From IMG/VR virus record IMGVR_UViG_3300043436_000583, positions 1 to 64,000 of that record: a stretch of DNA of 64,000 bases; one strand, given 5' to 3'. Position numbers and translations under genes: made by a program. The first letter of the stretch is position 1, and every line of letters begins with the position of its first letter. Below are positions 10,401 to 21,400 of this stretch, one piece after another. Under the pieces are notes generated by a model, which saw only the letters and a program-made list of their open reading frames with translations, did no database searches and was not told the origin of the DNA. The stretch comes from an uncultured virus (IMG/VR IMGVR_UViG_3300043436_000583). Its lineage: Duplodnaviria; Heunggongvirae; Uroviricota; Caudoviricetes.

Positions 10401-12454
10401 CCTTTCCACTCATTATTATATGTATCTATAACTCTTTGAACGTCAGCATTTAATAACTTAGCCTGTCTAATAAGGGGCTCAACATTCTCTCTCATTTGTA
10501 ATTGTCTAATAGACTCATACAATGAGTTTAATAATTCAGCTTTACTTCTTTTCTCTTCAGGACTAGCTTTCTTAGAAGATATAGTGTCATATATCTTATT
10601 AAGCTTTTCAATCAACGTATCTAGTTTCTTATTACTAGTCTTTTCAGTTTCTAAACCTACAGGTAGTAAGTATGCTAGTTCTTCTTTGTTTAAGTTTACA
10701 TCTCCTATCTGAACACCTGTCAACTGTGGTAGCACTCCTTCTTTAGGAATAGCTCCAGAATAAATTGCTCTGATAGGAATCATTCTTGTTTGTTCAAAGT
10801 CTTCTGGCTTAACACCATACCCCTTTTCTATAATAGACTTGTATTGTTTCATTTGTTGTCTCCAAGCACTTACCTTATACCAAGGAACATCTTTATATCT
10901 TTGAACATTAAGGTCCATAAACTTCCAGTCTAAAATGCTTACCTTTCCTTCAGGAGTAACAGCAATAAAGTCTATAGTACCAGCTACATCACGTGATGCA
11001 TTATATACAGTCATCTCAGCAAGAAACTTTGTATTAGCAGGGAATGTTTCCAAACGAGCTGCCATGTTTCTTTTAAGAATATTATACATATCCTTGTTCT
11101 TAGGATTCAACTGAGATATATATCCATTATCATCAGGTCTTTCATTCTCAGGTATTAATGTACCATCTTCATTTAAGAAATAGTTCTTAAGCATGTGCTC
11201 TATATCAGCATGTCCTGCTGTACCTTTTTCTTTCTTAAGATCATCTACAGCTTGGTCATACTCAGACTTAGTCAAATCTTTGTTAGCAAATCTTGTGCTG
11301 TACCAATCTTTAACAAAGTCAGTAACTCTTCTTTTGATTCTGTTACCATTAATCATATAACCAGTGTCATCTTTTGTAATTTGATTACTAGTTAATTTTA
11401 ACTTATCAATTATAAGTTGTTGAGTGTTAACGTTTTGTTGGAAGAATATTCCTTCTTTGTTTCTAATATCATCAGCAGTGCCAATCTCTTCACCAGATAA
11501 AACCATCATTGCTGCTTGGTCAAATCCAGACTTAACAAATAATCCTTTTATAAAGTCAACTATTGTATTCCACCAACCTTCCACCTTAGCTAATAGCTCA
11601 GGCTTCTCTGTAGAACCTTCATTCTTTCTAATGATAGTTTCAGCTAATATTTTACCAATAGCCTCCACCTTTAACTTTCTGATGTTAGGTTTGCCATCAG
11701 CAGTTTGATATTGTTTGTACTTACCATATGTAGCTAAGACATCAGAATACATTTTGTATCCATTGATTTCTCCTAGTAATCTATTAAATAACTGAGGATT
11801 CTTTTGCTCTAATATTTCTACAACAAAGTGCATAGCTTCTTCTGTAAGGGCTACATTCTCTTTACCTTCTACCACTTGTACAAGTTTCTGTACAATGTTT
11901 GCAACACCATTTACATCTTGCTTAACACCATCCACTTCTATAGCTTGTAGTGTTTTAATATCTACACCTATTCTATTTAACAAATCTTTAACAAGACTTA
12001 CAGTTTGAGGAGCTGCTTTAGAAGCAGGTATCTCTCCTGTTTGTAATAACACTGTGCTATCTCCATCAGAGTTAACACCAAATGTAGTATCGTTCTCAAG
12101 ATCTAATCTGTTAGCCTCAGGTATTTCAAGATCTAATTCAGCCAAAGCTTGTTCAAGCTCAGCTGCATCTTTTGCATTTAATGCATCCAACTGCTTAACT
12201 GTAGGAGCAATAATTACTCCCACCTTATCTGAATATTGTTTAGGATAGAATACCTTTCCTAGGGCAATTTCAGAATTGATTGCTTTGTTAAGAGTGTCTG
12301 CTACAGAACGAGATACTCCATAGAAGTTGTTAGAATTAACTTTCTCCTTAGGAGAGGTTCTAACTTCTATAAAATCCTTACCATCAAATCTTAAGTAAGG
12401 CTTGTTCTGTACATATTTCTCAACTGCAGTTTTTATACCTGTTTGACAACTCAT
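7448..12454 (-). CDS. Large virion/ejection protein, 1668 aa, with PD-(D/E)XK nuclease-like and degenerate zincin-like domains
   Basis: AEMTVY...VAGTIDFIAVTPEGKVSILDWKF...Q.KQY; TEEAMHF; C-terminal hydrophobic helix followed by poly-Asp; adjacent to the RNAP gene as in crAss-like phages. Confidence 0.75.
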   Translation of the reverse strand: MSCQTGIKTAVEKYVQNKPYLRFDGKDFIEVRTSPKEKVNSNNFYGVSRSVADTLNKAINSEIALGKVFYPKQYSDKVGVIIAPTVKQLDALNAKDAAELEQALAELDLEIPEANRLDLENDTTFGVNSDGDSTVLLQTGEIPASKAAPQTVSLVKDLLNRIGVDIKTLQAIEVDGVKQDVNGVANIVQKLVQVVEGKENVALTEEAMHFVVEILEQKNPQLFNRLLGEINGYKMYSDVLATYGKYKQYQTADGKPNIRKLKVEAIGKILAETIIRKNEGSTEKPELLAKVEGWWNTIVDFIKGLFVKSGFDQAAMMVLSGEEIGTADDIRNKEGIFFQQNVNTQQLIIDKLKLTSNQITKDDTGYMINGNRIKRRVTDFVKDWYSTRFANKDLTKSEYDQAVDDLKKEKGTAGHADIEHMLKNYFLNEDGTLIPENERPDDNGYISQLNPKNKDMYNILKRNMAARLETFPANTKFLAEMTVYNASRDVAGTIDFIAVTPEGKVSILDWKFMDLNVQRYKDVPWYKVSAWRQQMKQYKSIIEKGYGVKPEDFEQTRMIPIRAIYSGAIPKEGVLPQLTGVQIGDVNLNKEELAYLLPVGLETEKTSNKKLDTLIEKLNKIYDTISSKKASPEEKRSKAELLNSLYESIRQLQMRENVEPLIRQAKLLNADVQRVIDTYNNEWKGKDPGAFTDKQKNDLSDRILSYETSLMVYTSLATDLKSLFKKDLSEKDQALWQDIRDTAESANELEADLEEVRKDFAENVIAKDVNVMDLLKPEKVIKGFSKLFNSTSVIQLKSAEILYKMANRAFGLASIETSEQGNKLLAIKEKYDKWAKSKGLTNKNYFDIIKKKNKNELINEFSSEFYETLKSKIAEKDTQWVRDNIDVSKYNEFLKEQKEKEFKRIEDKPRFGDEESINKEKKREVADVNALYNTSTTDSPGWLLYEFVSKFPKAERWESEAWKELNKPENKPAKEFFDYIKGRNEYLVGIKYINSRDARVFLPFVRKSLTEKIVMGGEYKLGESLLRNITITEGDVGYGEIDPITKEPVYSIPKYFTRETVEEASEDLFRNMTLLNNMAIRYEYLSNIEHQLNVIIKVESNKEAIKTSYFGKTKYRPDGTLETTSDNSDNTKLVRDMMAAIVYGQKYVESENFDQLLGGIANFGKRANKVLGRKIFTEDYDDAQISLNKTITQLNTVFQMKTLGLNPISALSNFLGGSFQSYINAGKFFTKADFVRNEFMMAQKMNGIDSKKYVGALQYFQPLTENYNNILAKQLSVSKFSQEGIQDFLMILMRTGDQYVQSINFFSYLENSIVEDGKVFNVREYLKKQPEFANMFTGTAEERSQLKEKFDTEVKRLIDEKGFLKLARVEGNELVVDGLDRKSDSVIELRRKVQAITKDALGNLSEDDLRKINLNIYGKSFMVFKNWIPRLVDVRFGNLKYNSATEAYEWGRTRNMFRLLTEDFMGSVDSLMSSIKGDDQKFVDQIKRLYESKRSDYEKDTGKELRMTEGEFVELVSSNIRNQMTDFMFYLALSTLIIGAKVAQPDDDDDDKATKNRYKYMLRVMDKIRDEVAYFYNPTSFLSLTTSGIFPAISYLDNFKKLFLNFGTEMYALGVGDEELAKKNQVIKYALKGFPIASQVDAILLMFYPDVAKDLGMKAQSEAKPFGK

Positions 12455-15400
12455 TAGAATTTACATTTAAAGTCTTTAGTACTTAGATCTGTTTCTGTTT
12501 CAGGCTGTGAATTTACTTCATTTTCAACAATACCTGTAAAGTATTTTATAATCTCTGAATTAGGAATCTCATCAGTCACCTTACCTGTGTTATTATCTAA
12601 CTCAGAAGGTTTATTAAACTTATAGTATTCAGAAATAAATTGTCCATCACCATATAAGTTTACCATCTTGAATACAAACTTTCCTTGATATGTTCTCAAT
12701 GCTTCACCACTTATAAACTTAACTTTCTGATAACCAAACATTTGTCCAATTATAGGATCACCTTTGGCTTTTAATTCTGCATATCCTGCTCTTGTAATAG
12801 TCTTACCAGTCATGAAGTCAATCATCTCACCATACTTAGTGGTGATGATACGTGGAATTGTAATCATATCATAGCCAGCAGCTTTAGATCTTTCACCTAC
12901 AGATAGTACAAGTTTATCATTCTCACCTATACCAACCTCTGGGATTTCTACAAAGCCTGTAAACTTGTATTGAGAAACTATTTCATTCTTAAACTCACCA
13001 AGTTCTGTTATAGACTCTTCATCAATATAAGGAGCAATAGCAGGAGTGATATCTGGATTCTTCCAATTGTTTCTTTGGAACCAATTGTTCTTAGCAAACT
13101 CTTGAACGTTCGTATCTACCACAGCTGTGTTTACAATATCTTTTACTTCTGTAGAATAGTCTTCAATAGGAACAATGTTCTTAATAGATACAGCAGATTG
13201 ATAGGTACCTTGTATAATAGCTACTTTGATAAGATCTTTGAATAGTTGGTTAGTATTTGGATTGTCTCTCAACTCTCTCATCATACCAATATACATGTTC
13301 TCGTCATAAGCTTCTTTAGTATTAGCTTTAAGCTTAATAGTCTTAGGGCTATTTGGTCTTTCTGCAGACACTACAACTAAGTCTTGTAGTATTTGCACAT
13401 TAGGATATTTTTGTTTATCTTCTTCTAACTTCACTGCTACAGATCCTGGACCAAAAGATAACTCACTGATATTCAATGCGTTCTTTCTACCTGTTTGAAT
13501 AATATAATCAAGTAAGCTTGCTGTTGCTTTCTCAGCCACTCTATTAAATGTATCCTTAGCCATGTAAAACTTCTCAGCATATTGTTGAATAGTATTCTCA
13601 AGCACCCCTCTGAATTCAGGTTGGTTGAACTTAAGAATGGCACCTAGTGCTGAATTAGATTGATCTAACACAGTCTTTTCTGTACCTAAGAAAGAACTGT
13701 CTAACACTTTCTGTGGAGAGCTAATAGCTCCTTTATTTTGTGCACGATCAGTCATCATTTCTTTTCTGTAGAAGTCATCAGCATTTCTAAATGTACTGGT
13801 ATCATAATTGATAGCCTGTGTGAAATTGAAGTTCTCATCAGCTAGGGTAACATAAGATAAGAATTCATTCAATATCTTGTGTTGTTCAGCATTCTGAGTT
13901 TCATTCATTGTATCCTTAGCGTAAGAGGATATGTTATCCTCAAAGTTACCTTCAGCAACTGTAGCTGCTTGGATAGCTTTTGTACTTGCAGGGAAGTTTA
14001 TCTTAGCCTGTTTGATATAATCAGCATTGCTTATTGCATATCTAGGAGCACCATTAGCATCTAAGTTCTTAATGTGTTCTCTTATAATAGGCTGGTTCAT
14101 AAACATAGCCACTGTCTTCATAGGAACACCTGCACGCTCTAACAACATAAATGTACCTACAACTCTATTGCTGTATATAATCTTCATGATGTATGGGTCT
14201 TTAGCAATATCTACGAAAGCATTCGCATACATTGATAACTTATCAGAGATATACTTAGGTTCTTCTGACTGGTCTTTCATACCAGAAAGAGATATATGCT
14301 CAAATCCACCATCTTTAAACTTGTTGTGTGATAAAGCCATTTCTGTTTGTGGATTCTCTACAAACACATCTGTCTTTTGTGCAAGAGAATTACCTGTAAT
14401 GTTTACAGCAGCAATACCAATCCATCTCTTACCAGTCAAGAATGCATGTCTTTGATTAGTCATGTAGTTTCTATCTAACAATCTATTCTTGATATCACCT
14501 TCATCCTCTCCTCTTAATGTATCTAAATTACCAGCAATCTCTTTAAGAGTTGTATCTGTATTAGGAGAAGTCAATCTATCAAAGTTATCTGGTAGAGTTA
14601 GTAATGTTTCAAGAGATCTAAAGTATTCATTCTCAAGAGATTGTTTGTATAACTTGTCAGCTAATGTACCATAGTCATCAATTCTACTTCCAGATATCTC
14701 ACTATTGATATCTAACATTGCTTTGATATCTTCCTCAAAGATGAATTTCTTGATAGCCTCTTTAGCTTGATCTCCATATCCAAAGAATGGTACAGACTTG
14801 ATTTCTCCAGAAGGAGTTACATATATGTTCTTTAAGTATAGATTTAATTTATCTATGTCAAAGTCAGATCCAGCCTTTGTAGTGATTTCAGAAGGAACTA
14901 CAATTGTCTTACCCATAAACTCAGGTAAGAAACCTTTGATTCTAAATACCTCTGCAGAGTTTAATCCCTGTGTTGGAATACGAAATCCTATACCTTTTAA
15001 TATCTCTGAATCTTTCAATAACTCAATTAACTCTTCATCAGTTTTACCTTGAGGTAATTGTTTCTTAAACCATGCAGGAAGGTATACCTCCATGTATGGA
15101 TCTTCTTTACTGTAGAATTTAAGAGCAGACTTCTTTAATCCTTCTCCTCTAGACTCACCAGCTTTCTCCCACATTGTTACAGGAACCTGTACAGCAGGGA
15201 AACCATTTACCTTAGGAGATACAATAGACTTGTCTACAATTGAATACAAGATGCTCTTGATCTGGATGTAGTTTGTTGATGCTTCGAATGGAATATAAAA
15301 CTCTCCAATTTCTGGATCAATAGATATACTATCAATACCATTCTCAGACATTTTTCTCTTAAGCATCTCCTGTCTTAATGTATCAGCTACAACAGTCTTA

Positions 15401-18400
15401 TCTTTAACAACAAAGTTGTCACCTAGATCTTCAATACTAAGCTTTCTTAATAACTCTTGATATCCATTAAGTAACATCTCTTTCAACACCTCAGTGTTCT
15501 TTTCTACTGCCTTTTTAGCAGCTTCATTATTAGCTTTACCATCACTGTATAAGTCAACAGTGGCAAGCTTAGTTAACTGAGAACCAAGGGTTTGTTTGCT
15601 ATCTTTATCATAGCTATTCTCTACTTGAATACCATAAGCATCCCAGCCAACATTGATTGTATTGTTAAATGCTTCTTCATTAAAGTTACCATCTTCATTA
15701 TATAATTTGTGTAACTTCTCAGCACCCACCTTTCTACCAGAAACTACAACAGCATAGTCATAACCTTCTTTGAACATCTTCTCATAAAGCTTACCTAAAT
15801 TAGTTCCTTTGATAGCCTTATAATATAAAGGCATTTGAGAGAACTTATCTAATACAAGGTCAAAGTTTGTTTTACCAAACTTATTACCAGATACAATAGG
15901 TTTTAATTCCTCTATAAAATTCTTAGGCTCAGATTGTTCTATTAACGCTTCATCATGTTTACGAAGAGCTTCGCTTTTATATTTGTAGCCAGGAACATTC
16001 TGTCTTGTGTAAGCCATTTGCCATTGATGCCATACTTCAGCCTCATCAGACCATTGACCATTCTTTAACTTCACTTCTTTAAATGCACCATCCATAATCC
16101 AAGAAGCAGCATCTGCCTCATTTGTCTTAGGATAAAAACTGTCTGTCACTTCTACATCAGCAGCTGTGAATGTCTTAGCAAAGTTTTTATGCTCATGATA
16201 TCCATAGTCTTCTGATGTTAATTGAACACCAGCCACTGTGTTGTATTCACTATTGAATAAGTTATTAAACTCATCAGAGTTTACAGTGATTCTTCTTGGA
16301 GATAAGAAAGACTTAATACGCTTAGTCTCATCTAATTGATTGCCTTCAATCTTAAACTGATATGGATCACCAAACAATATCTTATGGAACTCCACGTTGT
16401 TAATCATGTAGTTAGCATTAGCAAACTTTATAACATTATTAACATCTTGATCTGCCAAAGCTAATTTATTCAAGCCAGCCTTTTCAGTGAATCTATTCTC
16501 TAGCTCAGGCATTAAGAAACTACCTGCTTGTTTACTAGCAATAACCTTTTGTGTTTCCACTAAGTTTTGTCTAGTCTTGGTAACAGTGTCATTTAATGAT
16601 TTTAGAATGCTTGAATCTAAACCTGGTTGTTCCTCTTTATCCTTACGATTCTTAGCAATGAAATTATTAATCTCTGCTTCTGATGCTCTCTTCTCAATAA
16701 GAGTATTTATCTTCTTTAACAAGTTAGCAGGAAGCATATCCTTTAAGAATCTAAGCTCTGTAGCTTTATCTCCTACGTTTCTAAGCTTAGCTCTGTTAGT
16801 GCTATCTTGAGCTAACTTAATCTCATCCTTTAAATATCCTAAGAATGTATCAGTGAATAGCTTATCTGCATTACCAGCAGCTACGTCTGTATAGGCAATT
16901 GTATTACCTAAGTTCATCATCCACTCTCTAGAACTATCTGCAGGGATTAATACATAATATCTACCATCTAGGTTTTGGTTCATTTCTGTAATGTACCTAT
17001 CGCCTATGCTTAGAGAAGATGTTGTCTTTCCTTCATTGTCTACAACATCCTTAACTCCCTGTATGTATTGTAACTTAATCTCAGCAATTCTATTACCTTC
17101 TTTATCAAAGAAGTTACCACCTAGTTTTAACACTTGGCTGTTTATAGAGAATACATCATTTAACTGAGGCATGTTCTGCTTCAATTCTTTTAACGTGTCA
17201 GAAGAGTTAAATACGTATTCTAATAAAGAAGGATAGTTTGCATCTGTGTCAGATTGTATTCTATTACCATCTACACCAAAGTATGTGCTGTCTTCTGCAG
17301 GAGAAGCAGCAACTGTATATAACTTAGCCAGCTCATTTAACTGTGTACGAATACCAAGCTTTCTACCACCAAAGCTCATCAACTCATCTGTCTTACTAAG
17401 ACCTATCTTAATACCACTTACAGCATCACCAAAAGCTTTCTTGTTCTTCACCTTATTGTACACAGCCATTGGAAACTCTATACCCAACTGTGCTAAGAAC
17501 TCTATCTTATCTTGTGGAAGCTTAATATTATAATCCTCTTTCTTAACTTTATATACTTTTCCATTAAAGCTAATGATAGAACCAGGCTGTTCAGCCTTAG
17601 TCTTCATGTTCTCTATCCACTCAGATCTTGTTGCAGCAATAGCAGAAGCTTGATTAGCAGGAGCAGTGTATACATTATTACCATCCATGAACATAGCTAA
17701 CGCATCAGGTCTTTGTTTTGTAAACACCTGATAGAAGTTAGTAAACAATCTAATGTCATGAGGTTTGTAAGAATTAAAGTCAATCTTACCAGTGGTTAGG
17801 TTACCACCTAAACGTTCAAACAATCTAATATAGTCACTGTTTTCTTTAGCTAATTCATGTAGCTTAGATACAAACTCAGGGATACTTCTTGTGTTAGAAA
17901 GTCTATTCATTAAAGTTGTAAACGCTTGATTAAAAGGCAATAACTTAAGTCCACCAATACTAGATGTATCAGCTTCACGACTCAAACCTTTTGTCTTAAT
18001 CAAAGTACCAATCAATAACTTAACAGCATATGGAGAAGACTTCTTGAAATTAACAGTGAACGCTTCAGCAGCATAGTCCTTTCTATTAGCTCCATCATCA
18101 TTAACTGTAACTCTACTATCTTCATCAAACTCAATTCTGTATGTCTTCAAGAACTCTTTAGTTCTTTCAACTAACTTAGCGTATTGATTCTCAGAGATTT
18201 GTGTTACTGGGTTGTCACCAATAACATTGTTCTGTATATATTTTTCTCTGATTCTATTAAATAAATCAAAAGCTGTAATATCTTCTATATTAAACAAAGA
18301 GCTATTGTTGGCAAATATCTCACCAAACACTCTAGCTGTAATGTCTTGTACAAACTCATTAGTTTGTTTAGCATTTACACCTTCAATCTTTCTATACTCA

Positions 18401-21400
18401 GCAGCTTGATTCTTAACAGTTTCAGGAAGTGTTCTATCTGCAAACTCACCTGTATTTATAGCTTTGAATAAGTCTTCTTTCAATGTAGGTTTATTTACAA
18501 ATGATTTGAAGAAGTCCATAATAGCTTTGAAGAAGTTCTTAATCTTTTCTGTAAGGTTTCTAGCAGGTAACTTACCAAGTCTAAACTCAGCAAAGTCATC
18601 AGCTATTCTTTCCTTAGCTTGTTGATCTGTAGCATTAGCATAATCTATTCTTCTACCAGACTCTCTGTCTAAGAAAGAACCTGTTTGAGCTTTGAACTCA
18701 TCAAGGATAGATTGTTGCTCTCCTTGAGATAAAAACCCTTTCCAGATACCTTCAAATATCTCATGGTATTCTGTACCTCTCTGAGCTCCCTTAAAAAACT
18801 TAGCTACACCATTCTCAAATGCTCCCCATGCTTTCTCTGTGTTATTAATCTTAATAACATTCTCTAACACTTGATAAGGAATGTTCTTAGCATTCTTAGC
18901 ATGCCATTCTTTAAACAATGCAAGCTCAGCATCACTTATTCTATCTACATCTGTTCTACCTATTCTTCTATATTCAGCATCACCAATATTAATGTTCTTA
19001 GGTTGTTCTGCTTGTTCAGCTTTCTCTTCAACAGGAGCTACTTCTACTCTATCTTTAACAAGCTTAGCTGTAATGAACTCAACAGCAAACTTAGCAGCAG
19101 TCTCAATAGGTTGATCTAACTCATCATACTTACCTAGGTCTTTAAGTTGTTGTGTAGCAACAGCCATTAATTGTGGGTTATCTACAATCTTCTGAATGTT
19201 TGGATTCTCACCAACTAACTCTACAGTGAAGTCACCTTTACTGTCTGTTGTAACTTTATATGTAATAGCTCCTACATTAGACTTATAAGTCTCCACTCCA
19301 GCTTCTGCAGGTTTAGCTACAGATTGTTTTGGAAGCTCTAAGCCATTTAGAATAATATACTTTTGTTTGTGTGTGTAAGGAACAGCCTCTGTAGGTTTAG
19401 CCACAGTGGTTGTTAAAGGAGCTATACGTCCAGATCCATCAGGATTCTTACTTGCTAACAAATAAGACTGATAGTTCTTCCAGCTTCTTTGTGCTAACTT
19501 ACCAGCAGCATCTACATAGAATTCTATAAAAGGTTCACCTAGTCCTAAGTTAACTGTGAAGCTATTTACATTATGGAACACTCCTTGTAAATCACTTATA
19601 ATAGGAATCTCTTGCTTTTCTATATTAGCAAAGTCATATGTGTTGCTTCCAATGTGCAATATAGATCCCTCTATATAAATACGATTGCCACTTCCTTCGC
19701 CTACACCTTTTGCTACAGCATCTGCATTAGTATAGAATGTAACTCCTTGTAAAAATCTTTTATATATCTCATTAAACTTAACTGGCTTCTTAGCAGCAAT
19801 TTGTTGCTTAGCTTCATTAGACATAGCTTTGAGTACATTATAAACTGCACTTGCTTGGTCTTTAGTTAAGTTAGAATTGTTTAAATATTCTAATGTGTCT
19901 TGGTTTTGGAATACAGGTCTGCCATTAGGAAATTTATAAGTTATACCATCTATATGGTCAATACCTTCTTTAGTCACAACAGTTAAGACTTGTTGTGTAG
20001 CAATCTGATTCTCAGGAATAAGAACACCACCTACAGACTTTTTAACATCATCTGTATTAGCAATACCTCTAGATGGAGTAAAGTTAAATATTGGATACTC
20101 TTCTTCAGCAGCCTCTCTTAAGTCTTTACGATATACTTCGTATGCAGCTAACTCTAATGCAGCTTGTTCTTCTTGACCAGCTCTGTTTCTAGGTTCACCT
20201 TTACTATTGTCTAGTTTAGCAGCAGGCATACCTGTAAACACCACCTTGTTTAATTCCACTTGCTCACCCACCTTACCAATAGGATTGCCATTCTTATCTA
20301 CAAATTGTCTTTCTCCTTTCTTATCTTCTACAAACACAAGACCAATGAAACCATAAATAGGATCATTCAATAAGGCTGTATCAAAGTTACCTTCTCTAAA
20401 AGATAGTTCACCAAGACCTGCTAGTCCTAATGCAGCTTCTTGTTTCTGAGTGACAACAATAGCTTTGATATTCTTCTTATTCTTAAAGGTCTTTACCTTG
20501 TTTATAAACTCATTGTAACGTGTAATGTTAGGAGCTAATACTTTCTCCCAGTCAACAGAGGCAGACGTAGAAGAGGTAAACAATATACTTGCATCTTTCT
20601 TAGGAGTCTCCTTAGGACTAGGTGTATTCATTAAGTCTTCATCATTGTTGCCTGTTGGGACAACTCCAGATGTAGCAGCAATATCAGTTTGTGCAGACTT
20701 AATCTTATCTGCTACAGCATTCATCTTCTCTCTATTAGCTTGAAGATCAGCTTGTTCTTTCAAATATGTTTCTGAAAGTGTATTGAACTCAGTCTCAACA
20801 GCATCAATTAATTGTGCATTGTCTAAAGAGTTAATATACACTAACTTATCTTCTCCCTCAGGAAGTGTAACACCTGCAAACTCAGGAGTAGATAATACAT
20901 TATCAATAGCAGCATCCATGATGTCTTTCAACTCTGGTGACGCTGCACCCTCATCTGCTAAGTCTATTGTTGCAAAATCTTCAGGAGTTAAGAAACGCAC
21001 ATCACCTCTAGGTAACTGCACTTCATATTCACCACCCAATGTTTGAGATAACACTTTAATCTTAGGAGCTAATGTAAGTGTATTGTCTTGCTTTCTAACA
21101 GGTTGTTTTAAGAAGTACTCCTTACCAACCTCTAGTTTTCTTTCTGTTTGTATAGGAAAGAACTCTCCTTCTGATGTTACATCTTCTTCTTCTTCTATCA
21201 CTGTTACAGGCACTTCTCCTGTAGCACCAAACTCTACGTCAGGCTTAAACTGAAAGTCTGTAGGTTTAGATTTAATAGCATCATATTCATCAATGAATAA
21301 CTTTCTACGTAAACCTAATTCAATGATATCAGACAATGCTGTCTTCAAGTCATCTTTAGTCTCAGAAGTTACATCCATCTCATTGATTTGTTTCAATGAT

